A stretch of DNA of 64,000 bases from Candidatus Marinacidobacterales bacterium (GCA_965219415.1 CBDCNP010000002.1:3488001-3552000); one strand, 5' to 3'. Shown: positions 43,837 through 53,930, counted from the stretch's first letter. A program made the numbers and translations. Notes: generated from the letters alone by a model not told the origin.

Positions 43837-43848
43837 AAAGAGCGTTGT

Positions 43849-43963
43849 CGTCCTGTGCCAAAACTCGGCCCTTTTGAAATAGACCACAAATCAGCAGCTT
43901 AGACGCCCTTGGAATCCGCGCAGAATCCAGGGCATTTCGCGCCGCAGGGCTGGCTTCCGACCC
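43849..43963 (+). mobile_element. CGTCC-MITE short form, truncated
   Basis: Matches 15849-15963. Confidence 0.8.
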
Positions 43964-44113
43964 CTAGGCTGCGGGTGACGGGCGACAGGCCCACTGGGGT
44001 ACGCACGGCTGGCTGGCTCAAATCGGCTGCAGGACGAGCTGCAGGCCGCGAACTGCGCACCCGCGGAAGCGCCCATTGGACTGGACTTTACGGCGCAAAA
44101 GAGCGAACGTCCG

Positions 44114-44548
44114 GTGATGCCGCAGGATACAAGAGTTGGCCGGAGGGTCGTTCTGGACGGTTTGGACCTCGCCAGCCTGCGGCGGGCCTGGGAGCAGACC
44201 TTTGGGTCCGCTCCGCCAAGCTCGCTCTCACGCGCTCTCCAGCGCCGCGTTCTTGCGTACGAACGCCAATGCCGGACCCATGGGGGGCATTCGGCCGCAA
44301 CCCGACGCGCTCTGGCCGCCATGGCGAACGGCACACCAAAACACTCTGCTCCCGCAGGGTCCGTTTCTGCCGGCACCCATCTCGTCCGCGAGTGGAATGG
44401 CCGCACCTACCAGGTCGAGGTACTCGACAACGGCTATCGGTTCGACGGCAAAACCTACCCGTCCCTCACCACCATCACAAAGCGAATCACCGGCACACAC
44501 TGGTCAGGATCACGCTTTTTCGGTCTGACGCCCAAGCGCAAGGCCTGA
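44114..44548 (+). CDS. DUF2924 family protein
   Basis: LAYERQ, GTHLVREWNG, SLTTITKRITGTHWSGSRFFGL; start uncertain. Confidence 0.8.
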   Translation: MMPQDTRVGRRVVLDGLDLASLRRAWEQTFGSAPPSSLSRALQRRVLAYERQCRTHGGHSAATRRALAAMANGTPKHSAPAGSVSAGTHLVREWNGRTYQVEVLDNGYRFDGKTYPSLTTITKRITGTHWSGSRFFGLTPKRKA

Positions 44549-44549
44549 C

Positions 44550-46211
44550 ATGACGAAAATCCGCTGCGCCATCTATACCCGAAAGAGCGCTGAAGAGGGT
44601 CTCGAACAGGATTTCAACTCCCTCGATGCACAGCGGGAGGCCTGCACCGCATATGTCGCGAGCCACAAGGCGGAGGGCTGGGTGCTGCTGCCAACTGTCT
44701 ACGAGGACGCGGGGATCTCGGGAGGAACCCTGGAGCGTCCGGGCCTCCAGCGCTTGCTCGACGACATCGATGCCGATCTCGTCGAGCAGGTGGTGGTCTA
44801 CAAGGTCGACCGGCTGACCCGTTCCCTCTCCGACTTTGCAAAGCTCGTCGAGCGACTCGAGGCGGCCGGCGCGGTTTTCGTCTCGGTGACTCAGTCCTTC
44901 AACACCGCGACCAGCATGGGACGACTGACGCTGCATATGCTGCTGTCCTTCGCACAATTCGAGCGAGAAGTCACGGCCGAGCGGATCCGCGATAAGGTCG
45001 CTGCCTCCAAGCGCAAGGGACTATGGATGGGCGGCCGCGTACCGCTCGGCTATGAGAAGGACGAGCGCACGCTGCGCATCAACGAGGCTGAGGCCGAAAC
45101 GGTCCGGACGCTCTATGCGCTGTACCGGCAGCACGGAACGCTCCGGCAGGTGAAGGCCGACGCGGACCGTCTGGGACTGCGCACCAAACGACGCTTCGCC
45201 GCGGATGGAACCCTAACGGGCGGGCTGCCGTTTCGTCGCGGACACCTCCACTGCCTGCTGACCAATCCTCTCTACGCCGGCCGCATCCGGCACCAGAGGC
45301 GTGTCTACGAGGGCCAGCATCCATCGATCATTGCTCCGGAGCTCTGGGACGCGGTCCAAACGCAGCTGCAGGCAGGGGCTGCCAAACCAAGGAGACGCAC
45401 GACGAAGGGCCGTGCAACCCGTTCCCCACTGGCAGGCAAGCTCTTCGATGAGACCGGGGACCGGCTGACGCCGAGCCACACCAAAAAGAAAAACGGGCAA
45501 CGGCTCCGCTACTACGTCTCCCGGCGCCTCATCCAGCACAGTGGCCAAAAGGACTTCTCCGGCTGGCGACTGCCCGCCCCGATGCTCGAACAGACCGTCG
45601 TGCATCTCATCCGACAGCATGTGGATGCCACGACCTTCTCGGCCTCGTTGATCCACACTCCGACGATGCAAGAGCTCGCCTCGGTGCGTCGCTTTTTAGA
45701 CGGGCTGTGTTCCGGTAGTAATGATGATAGTACCTCGGCAGCCTGCCTGCTCCGTTTCATCCGGCGGGTCGATATCAGCCCAGGCTCTGTGTCCATCCTG
45801 CTCGACCGCAATACGTTCGCTGATTGCCTGTCTATGGGACCCGACCGCATTCGCGAGGACGCACTCCGCATCCACGCACCGTTCCGCTTGCGTCGACGCG
45901 GCGTCGAGACCAAGCTCGTTCTGGGCAACCCCACGAAATCCGTCGACCGCACACTCCTGCGCAATATCGCCAACGCCCTCTCCTGGCTCGACCGAATCAA
46001 AGCAGGCAAAACCTATGAGCAGATTGCCACCGAAGACGCCATCCCAACGGACCGCGTGCGCAAGGCAATCCGTTATGCATTCCTGGCTCCCGACATCGTC
46101 CGTGCCATTGTCGAAGGCCGTCAGCCCGTTGGGCTGACCTCGAGCTACCTCTTGCATCATCCACTCCCCGACGATTGGGAGAAACAGCGCGCCCTCATCG
46201 CAACGCTTTAA
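44550..46211 (+). CDS. Large serine recombinase
   Basis: CAIYTRKS, SLDAQ, YKVDRLTRS, FAQFERE, recombinase domain LTNPLYAG. Confidence 0.92.
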   Translation: MTKIRCAIYTRKSAEEGLEQDFNSLDAQREACTAYVASHKAEGWVLLPTVYEDAGISGGTLERPGLQRLLDDIDADLVEQVVVYKVDRLTRSLSDFAKLVERLEAAGAVFVSVTQSFNTATSMGRLTLHMLLSFAQFEREVTAERIRDKVAASKRKGLWMGGRVPLGYEKDERTLRINEAEAETVRTLYALYRQHGTLRQVKADADRLGLRTKRRFAADGTLTGGLPFRRGHLHCLLTNPLYAGRIRHQRRVYEGQHPSIIAPELWDAVQTQLQAGAAKPRRRTTKGRATRSPLAGKLFDETGDRLTPSHTKKKNGQRLRYYVSRRLIQHSGQKDFSGWRLPAPMLEQTVVHLIRQHVDATTFSASLIHTPTMQELASVRRFLDGLCSGSNDDSTSAACLLRFIRRVDISPGSVSILLDRNTFADCLSMGPDRIREDALRIHAPFRLRRRGVETKLVLGNPTKSVDRTLLRNIANALSWLDRIKAGKTYEQIATEDAIPTDRVRKAIRYAFLAPDIVRAIVEGRQPVGLTSSYLLHHPLPDDWEKQRALIATL

Positions 46212-46872
46212 GGTAGACCACGCTGTAAGCGAACCCGCGGCGGCTGCCACGCTCGCTCTTGGTCTCCATCAGTCGGCGAACGGCATCGCCCCTTACTGAT
46301 GATGACATCGGCGGCGTGCGGGTCTTGAGTTCGTTTGTGTTTTTGGACACGACGGCGTCTTCTCACTAGCTGAGCGATTAGCGCTCGATTCGGCCCCGAA
46401 ATGCCCTCCAATTGCATTTTTATGACCTGTTTTGCACCGTTACTGCTTGTTTGCTGCCAAGAGCTGAATAGCTCCACTTGCTCCCACTTGAGCCTTACGA
46501 CTGCGATAGTCGGAAAGGTGTTCCCGTCAACGACGCGTCCATCGATAAGGCGTAAGAGCTTTTCACTACAATGATTTACGAGCGGAGTCTCCGTCGGAGG
46601 GTTTACAACACGGTCCTCTTACAGGCGTCAAGGAGGTTGAGATTGCCGTCTAGAAAATCGAATTTAATGTCAATTCGCAAATAAGCTCGAACGACCATCC
46701 GTCGATGAGGCGTGCGGGGACCAGCACGTGACGGATGGCTTTAAATCACTGTAGTACAAGAGGATAGAACGACGTAGGCACCAGGGCTTCTCTGAGTTTT
46801 CGCTACATTGGCCCACCACACGCGCGGCGAAAGGGCCATATTAGACTTGCAAAACTCGCAATACACCTTTTA

Positions 46873-47247
46873 CCGAGACCGGATAGCTCCGAACTGCACC
46901 ATCCGCCACCCAGTCTGGCCAATTGTGGCACTGCAGAGACGGGTGAGATTTTCCGCGCGGTTGGCGGGGTTTTGCAGGGGTAGGTGTCACCAGAGACGCG
47001 CTAGAAGGGCTGAACTGGCCTCATTTTCGGTATTCGTCTCTAATCTCGATTTTCGAGTGCCAAGTTTGCGCCAAATAGGGGTGGAGGCGCTGACCGGGCC
47101 GTGCGGCCGCCAAAAAGAGGCCACCCGAGGGGTCCAGAATCGAGGCCGGGGCTACCGGGGCGTAGCGGACTAGCACGTTCTGGTCCAGGTGCGCCTGAAC
47201 CTCCTTCATGTCCTTTGTTGTCTCGAATTGGGCCTCAACCAAGGTTC
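46873..47247. repeat. About 370-bp dispersed repeat, copy 2
   Basis: Aligns with 17447-17820. Confidence 0.8.
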
Positions 47248-47452
47248 TGCACCTCCTGTGGTTCTTCCCCGGCGCACCGCCCGTGTACCCAGGTCACTAC
47301 TTGGCGTCTCGGTCTCGAATCCTGGTTTCCGAGGGGAGCGTTTGCACCGACGGAAGAGGTGGCGGCAAGAAACAGCCGAACATGGCAGGTCTAAACCGCG
47401 CAATCAACGCTGGATCGACTTTTTGCAGAGCACAGGCCAAGCGGCAGTGTCT

Positions 47453-49420
47453 TTAAACGCGGGTAAGCGCCATCGTCGAAATCCGCCGACCGGTGTCAGC
47501 AAAATGCTGGATTTCCTCGGGTTTGAGCGGGCGGTTGAGAATAGAGCGCTCACGGTAGGAGAGCCATTTCTTGAGAACCTGGTAGCCGCCCAGTTTGTAG
47601 CGCCAGACGGAAGCAGGGATGTTACGCCAGAAGGCGCGGGCATTGAGATACACGTCGAACGTCGTCTCACCAAGGGTGGCAACTGTCTCGCCCAAAGCGA
47701 CCAGCTCCTCCGGCGTGTAGGGACGCTCGACAACCCGGCCTTGGCCAGGCATCACGGCGTCGCCAATTCCGAAGTGTCCCCATCCTGCCGTCACCGAAAA
47801 ATCGTCGCCGGTCATGTTGTGTCCGTCCGTCGTTGTGGGTACGGCGATTGCGACAATCTCCGGCCGCAATGCGCCTTGCGTGACACCCGGGACGGGCGTC
47901 TCCGGATCGAGCAGCCGGGCGAGGTCCCGACCCTGCACCGCTGACGCGGCGAGCACCTCCGCCGCGCCCTCTGCCGCACCGTCCGGCCAACCTGGTAGCG
48001 GAATGCGCGGCCATTCCATGCGCAGTGCCCCGGCGTTCGCCTTGCGGTATGCAGGATCGTGCAGCACGGCCAGGACGTGATGGAACAGGTCTTCCACACC
48101 CATGCCGAGACGGTCGAGATAGCGCTGAACAGTTGCTGATATGTTGGGGCGGCGCACGCCATCGCCATCATTCCCTATACCGTCTTCACGGAGCCTCACC
48201 GGAATGCAAGTCGCGCCCCTGTCCATGAGATCGAGACAACCGATATGCGAAATCACCTGTGGAGGCGACCATTCCCTACGCGGTTTCTGCTGCGCGACCA
48301 GCCACCAATTTCCCTTGAACACATGGGGCCAGTAGTCTGCGCGCTTCTCGTCGAGCAGCTTCGTTTCCGACTCCCAATAGAGCCAGCGATTGTCGAAAGG
48401 CCGGTAGGTGAAACTGACAAAACCGTCTTCGGTCGGGCCGCCGCGCGCGAGCAGCGCATCGCGGATTGCTCGGGCATCAAACCGCGCCGTGGTCTTCATC
48501 ACGCTCGGATAGCGGCGCGCGATCTCTTCATGACTCACATCTGTATTGAAGTAATCGGCGATCCGCGCCTTGAGCCGGTCCAGATCGACGTCGACGAGAA
48601 ATCCGTCGCGGCTCGTCTTGACGCCAGGAAACGAGACCGGGAACAGATCGGGCAGCGCCGGCCAGTCGAACCAGTTCTTGCTCACGGCCATTGGCTTGAA
48701 CGGCAAGCCGAGTCGAAGATTGGGCTCTAATGCCGAATAGCCCGTATCGATCCCCAGGGTGTCGAGGCTGTCTAACATTGCTTGCCGTCTCTCGTCGCCT
48801 CTTGCCTGATGGAAATCGCGATATAGGATGCGTCCGCCTGTCGGTGTATCGGTGACAGTCCCCGACCTGGAAAGCAGCACCGCACGATGCGACAATACCC
48901 GACTAAGGTACTCGCCCAGACCCGCGCCCACGTCGTGAGCGAAGGCCCGCGGCTTTTCAAGACGGCGGTCGAACGCCTCGGCACTGTCAGCCAGCCGGAA
49001 CGTTTCCAGCTTCGAAGGACGGCCCGCCGCATCTATGCCCACTAGCACGAAGTCGCGCGTATTCGTCACCAGCACCAGCTGGTAGCGGCTCCAGTAGCGG
49101 CTTACCTGCTCGCCGTCTGCGGTCAGCCACGCATCATCTCCGACGCCCTTCACCTCGACCACGCCGCAGGCCGGTATCTGTCCCTCGCGCAGCCGGCCCT
49201 TCTGCACTTGCTTCGCCGCGTAGAGGCCGAAGTCGGGATGCCCCGCGCCCTGCTCCGCAAGCTCGCCGACGCAAAACACCTTTGGCCTGAGCGTCGCACC
49301 GATGGCATTGAGCAGGTTCGCGAGTGGCCCATAGCTCGACCGCTCCCCGGTCGAGCCGCCCGAAGCGCGCACCCGCCGGAGATCGGCGAAGTAGGTCTCG
49401 ACCGCCGCTGTCAGTTGCAA
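47453..49420 (-). pseudogene. Type IIG/ISP-like restriction-modification protein with in-frame internal deletion
   Basis: N-terminal PDFG...VEVK nuclease; C-terminal GVKTSRD, YRPFD, PRIPLP, YKLGGYQVLKKWL; no methyltransferase motifs between them. Confidence 0.7.
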
Positions 49421-49489
49421 TTGTGCAAACGCCTCAAATTTCCTATTCTCTTTTTCGATGGCTTACGCCGAAAATGGACGCGATTTTCG

Positions 49490-49720
49490 GGTGCTTCTGC
49501 CATCAAGTGTTGCTACGCCTCCAAAAGCATTTGAATACTAGTGTCAGTTAGCATGCGTGTGTCGGCGAACGCCATCGCGTCTAATTAAGGATGTCGGTGT
49601 GCCCACGAAGATGTCCTTGAACGTCAGGCACCGCGTGGTCAGCCCAGCCGGCATCGCCGAAATAACTGCGTCTCTCGAAATCAGGCTCAAACTCTAGCAC
49701 GCGAGCAGGTTGCGCGGCAG
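49490..49720. mobile_element. IS1-derived MITE type 2 (related pieces at 3610-3710 and 54750-54885)
   Basis: GGTGCTTCTGCCATCAAGTGTTGCTAC end; CAAACTCTAGCACG segment from the IS1 left end. Confidence 0.7.
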
Positions 49721-50099
49721 CCCGTCGTGTCCGAAATTCGAACTGAGTCGAAAGACCGAATCCTGGAGGCGTTCTCGAAATTCGCGGAGACCAGCCGACG
49801 CGGCACTAGGTCTTCGATAGGCGTTCCCGAGCAGAGCTCTCCTCTAGACCATTCGTTCCGTCCAGCTGGCGCGCCCGAACTCCTATGCCGCCGCGCGATG
49901 ATAATAGCGGAGCAAGCCGCCCAATCGCTTACGACATCGCACCTTCCCGTAGAGACTTCCGACGCGTTCTTCCGCTTCAAGCAACGCGTTCCCCAGCCGG
50001 TGCTTCCGCCATCAAGTGATGGAATGGACTCCTCCACTGACATAGACGGCATCGATGTGCCAAAGTCAGTCGAATACGCATCGAAAAGGAGGAGTCCGA

Positions 50100-51131
50100 A
50101 TGAAAGATACGACAATCGCTGTGGATCTTGCAAAGAACGTCTTCGAGATTGCCATCTCGGGAGAAGCGGGGAAGGTGTCCAAGCAACTCCGTGTGAGTCG
50201 ACCCAAATTGGTGTCGTTCTTTGCCAAACAGAGCGCTGCCACCGTGCTTCTCGAAGCCTGCGGCTCGGCTCACTTCTGGGCAAGGACGTTCCGAAGGTTG
50301 GGACACGACGTCGTCCTGCTCCCACCTCACCTCGTGAGGCCGTATCGACGCGGGAGCAAGAACGACCGCGCCGACACGAAGGCGTTGCTCGAGGCCTACA
50401 GGAACGAGGAGCTTCTTCCCGTACCCATCAAGTCCGTGCACCAGCACACCCTCGCTGCGCTCCATCGCCTGCGCTCAGGATGGCTCTCCACACGGACCGC
50501 ACGCATCAATGCCGTACGCGGGCTCCTGCGCGAACTCGGATTCATCATCCCAAAGGGCGCTCACTTCGTCGTGCCCGCCCTCTTCGAACTCGTCGAAGAC
50601 GCTGATTCTGATTTGCCCGACGTGCTCCGTTCGCATCTCCGTGATGCCTGCTCCGAGATTCGAGAACTCAAGGACAAGTGCGCTAGCATCGAGCACGAGC
50701 TCAAGGCGCTCACCAAGCAGCTTCCTGAAGTCCAACGACTTCTCGCCATTCCCGGCATCGGACTTCTGGCCGCGACCGCCATCGTGGGCTTCGTCGGCGA
50801 TCTTCGCCGCTTCCCATCGGGGCGCCGCTTCTCGAGCTACCTCGGCCTAGTTCCCAAGGAAAACTCCAGTGGCGACATTCGCCGCCTCGGACGCATCACC
50901 AAGCGTGGCGACTCCTACCTCCGTATGCTCCTCACCCAGGGCGGGCGCGCCGTGCTCCGCGCGGCGAACGTCAGCAAGAGCCCGCCCGACAAGCTCCGCG
51001 CCTGGGCTCGGAAGGTCCACCGCTCGCGGGGACACAACAAGGCCGTGATTGCTGTCGCCAACAAACTCGCCCGGATCGTCTGGGCCGTCTCCACCCGCGA
51101 GAGTGAATTCCAGTCGCCGGTGGCCGCTTAG
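50100..51131 (+). CDS. IS110-family DEDD recombinase
   Basis: AVDLAK, LLEAC, KNDRAD, IPGIG, GLVPKENSSG, AVANKLARI; AGGAGGAG RBS. Confidence 0.95.
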   Translation: MKDTTIAVDLAKNVFEIAISGEAGKVSKQLRVSRPKLVSFFAKQSAATVLLEACGSAHFWARTFRRLGHDVVLLPPHLVRPYRRGSKNDRADTKALLEAYRNEELLPVPIKSVHQHTLAALHRLRSGWLSTRTARINAVRGLLRELGFIIPKGAHFVVPALFELVEDADSDLPDVLRSHLRDACSEIRELKDKCASIEHELKALTKQLPEVQRLLAIPGIGLLAATAIVGFVGDLRRFPSGRRFSSYLGLVPKENSSGDIRRLGRITKRGDSYLRMLLTQGGRAVLRAANVSKSPPDKLRAWARKVHRSRGHNKAVIAVANKLARIVWAVSTRESEFQSPVAA

Positions 51132-51199
51132 ATTTAGAGGCTCCACTTTCGTGTTTTCCTTTTTCCCTTCCAAAAGAGGCTGCGACGATACCCATCCAA

Positions 51200-51360
51200 C
51201 TGATGGCGTACCGGTCGGACCGGCGCGGGGTCAAGCCAATAGCAACACTGGCCCTAAGAGGTCGTTCAAAGTGATTGGCTCCTCGCGCGCGGATTTTCCA
51301 TCATGGCCCGGAGCACCCAAGACGCTCCTCACTGAGGCCGAAGATACGTTTGCAGTCTGA
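51200..51360 (+). ncRNA. Predicted bridge/seek RNA of the IS1111 element
   Basis: Stem AGCCAAT/ATTGGCT enclosing target-matching segments; second region matches the donor junction; boundaries approximate. Confidence 0.75.
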
Positions 51361-51589
51361 CCCACTCGTCACGACGCGATGGATGCGCAGCTTCGATGGA
51401 AGATTTATTAAGAAAGGGGCGTGACTAGAAAGAAAGGGGCTTGACTAGAGGAGTCCAGATATGTTGCTACACGGCTGCGGGCAGTGGTTCAGGTGCGGAA
51501 GAGACCGGGTTGCGCGCCCTACTGAGCAGGAAAACCTCGATCCGCGACCACAAAGGAATCGTCGTCGCCAAGAAGATGTCTCGAAGTGA

Positions 51590-52110
51590 AGCGGCCTATC
51601 GTAATAATGTAAGACCAAGCTCTTGGAAAGATTGATTTTCCTGAAACCAGTAACGTCGTTGAATTGAATAATGCCAATACTGTCAAGGTGACTTAGTTTC
51701 TCGAAATTAATCCCGTTTCTACTATAGATTTCTGCTTCAGAATCGAACACTAACGCCACCAAATCTCCATGTGTCCAGACGAATCCGCAGAACTTGGTGA
51801 ACAGCACGGCTTCGGTTTTATCGAGATCCGAAAGGAAATTGACAGTCCTCTTCGAGTAGGTCCCGGGAGAGTTCGCCTCGCCGGACAGAACACGCGACCA
51901 CAGCTCCTGCATCTCATTGTCAGACACGATCCGGGATTTTTCGAAGAAGTTGACGATCCAATCGTCTTCGATAAAATCGGGCTTCGCGTTTTCGTCCAAC
52001 TGAAGGCAGGGCTTTAGCGGCAATGTCTTCCATGTTCTTCTGGCGTTGCGCTTCCTCCTCGATCCATCGTCGCGCGGCTCGTCGATGCAGGTCAGTTATC
52101 TCAATTTCAG
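51590..52110 (-). pseudogene. DUF2806-like protein fragment (frameshifted, truncated)
   Basis: EITDLHRRAARRWIEEEAQRQKNMEDI; EDDWIVNFF, EMQELWSRVLSGEANSPG. Confidence 0.65.
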
Positions 52111-52159
52111 CATGATATTTCCGTTATCGGCAGTCAACAACGCGCAAAAGCCGTGACCC

Positions 52160-52307
52160 CGTCCTGTGCCAAAACTCGGCCCTTTTGAAATAGACCACAA
52201 ATCAGCAGCTTAGACGCCCTTGGAATCCGCGCAGAATCCAGGGTATTTCGCGCCGCAGGGCTGACTTCCGACCCATGGGGCTGGCGGATGAATAAATAGA
52301 AGGCACA
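52160..52307 (+). mobile_element. CGTCC-MITE short form, complete
   Basis: Near-identical to 15849-15995. Confidence 0.85.
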
Positions 52308-52453
52308 ACCTCGCCACGGCTTTTAGGTTTGACATTTTTCGGGGTTGTGCGGTAGGCTCCAATTCGTTGGCTCCTTGTTAGGCTTGGCTTCCTTGGCTAG
52401 GGGTTGACATGCTCAGCACACACACTCGATTCGCCACCGTCGACGAATTGATT

Positions 52454-52497
52454 GAGAGCCGCGAAAAGCCCGGCCCCTGCTGGGCTTTTCGTGTCTC
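52454..52497. terminator. Possible bidirectional intrinsic terminator
   Basis: CGAAAAGCCCGG-loop-CTGGGCTTTTCG hairpin. Confidence 0.5.
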
Positions 52498-52538
52498 TGC
52501 GTCACTTTCATAGTCGGAGCAATCCTGCCACCCGACCG

Positions 52539-52716
52539 CGTCCTGTGCCAAAACTCAGCCCTTTTGAAATAGCCCATAAATCAGCAACTTAGAGTCTGTG
52601 TTTGCGGCCGTGCCCAGGGCCGAGCGCGAACAGACGACGAAATCATGCCTGCATGGTGCTTGCAGATCGCAGACCAATCCAGTTCGGTGCCTGCGGATGA
52701 ATAAATAGAAGGCACA
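52539..52716 (+). mobile_element. CGTCC-MITE, deletion variant of the 250-bp form
   Basis: Both ends present; interior related to 34295-34545. Confidence 0.8.
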
Positions 52717-53318
52717 GCCAATCCTTTGTCGGGAAAGGCTCGGTGGGCTGCTGAGATACTACCACCGAGAGGCGGCATGAAAACTGGAGCCACGGCCGGC
52801 GAGAAGGAAATTCAGACCACCGGGTTCTTTGTCTTCGGCGCCCTCACTTTGATCGTGGCACTCCTTAAGCTGGCCGTTTTCAGCGACTGGTCGTGGTGGC
52901 GAGTATCACTACCCATCTTGATCTTTGTCGGCTTCAATATCGCTTACATAGTCACGGGCTTTGGCTATCTGTCCTTTGCTGAGGCCAGGGAAAGACCCTC
53001 CCGGGACGAAGTCAACCCACTCGGTCAGCATCACGGCCCGCTCTACTGGAGCTCGATGCTCTTCTTCGCGGCGTTTGCCGATAATCTGGTCCGATACCTG
53101 GAAGGCACCGAGGACTCATTCTGGTTTTGGGGTCTGTCTGGGCGCCTTGAAGCGGTGTTCATTTTCGGCAGTCTCAGTATCGTCGGCCTATTCCTGTATT
53201 GGTCGGCGATCACACGTAGCCTTGTTGAGCCGGAGTAATTCGTGTAACACGGCCGTGTCAACCCGTATTCGGGTCGTGCCACGCGATCGAAGTGACGGAC
53301 GAATTTCTTGACCAAACG
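52717..53318 (+). mobile_element. Element B downstream part with passenger gene
   Basis: Reverse complement of 1477-2078. Confidence 0.9.
52777..53238 (+). CDS. Membrane passenger protein, copy 2
   Basis: Identical translation to 1557-2018. Confidence 0.7.
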   Translation: MKTGATAGEKEIQTTGFFVFGALTLIVALLKLAVFSDWSWWRVSLPILIFVGFNIAYIVTGFGYLSFAEARERPSRDEVNPLGQHHGPLYWSSMLFFAAFADNLVRYLEGTEDSFWFWGLSGRLEAVFIFGSLSIVGLFLYWSAITRSLVEPE

Positions 53319-53394
53319 GCCACACTCGGCCGGGTAGCCAGGGAAGATGCTAGAGGCCGTCCTGTGCCAAAACTCGGCCCTTTTGAAGTAGACC

Positions 53395-53560
53395 GGTGCT
53401 TCCGCCATTAAGTGTTGGTGAGATGACGCTAAGACTTTACGCTGCATTAAATTACAGCCAAAATATCGCTCGCGACCTTCGCCGCGCGCCAAATGGAGCG
53501 TAAGCGCTTTTTTTGCAAAGGGATGCGTACACATTACCAACAGCAAACAGCGCAAGCACC
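53395..53560 (+). mobile_element. IS1-derived MITE type 1, nested in a CGTCC-MITE end (53358)
   Basis: Same ends as 8240-8405. Confidence 0.85.
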
Positions 53561-53930
53561 AGATTCTCAACACCATGACGGCGCTCGGGATGCCTGATAG
53601 CGAGATGATCGGATGATGGGAGTCGGGGCCAAGCGAGCTCTCGGCCTCTATCGGAGTTGTGCACCAAGGCAGATTCAAGCAGCCTTTGGAAAGGTGCAAA
53701 CTGCTGATCCGCTGGGCGTTCGAGTATTTTGACCAGACGCGTTTCCGGACGCGTGTTTCCCCGCGCGTACGGGGAACCCGAATCGCCGGCCGCAAGGTCA
53801 CCCTCCCAGGACATTGGTATCACCTCGTTCGAATAGGCGAGGATCTCCACGACCGCCTAGGGGCAGCCCTGACGTCCAGAACAATAGACCGGATATTCGA
53901 ATACAGTCGCAAGAGCGCGCCTCTCCACGT

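Larger units (their letters stand above)
50017..51461 (+). mobile_element. IS110-family, IS1111-group element inserted in an IS1 right terminal repeat
   Basis: Subterminal IRs ATGGACTCCTC (50024) / GAGGAGTCCAG (51448) with 7-nt and 3-nt extensions; removing it restores GGTGCTTCCGCCATCAAG-TG-TTGCTAC. Confidence 0.92.

Noticed and set aside
51441-51461. Canonical circle-junction promoter TTGACT...TATGAT
   Set aside because: The spacer would be only 13 nt, so it is not supportable as a sigma70 promoter.
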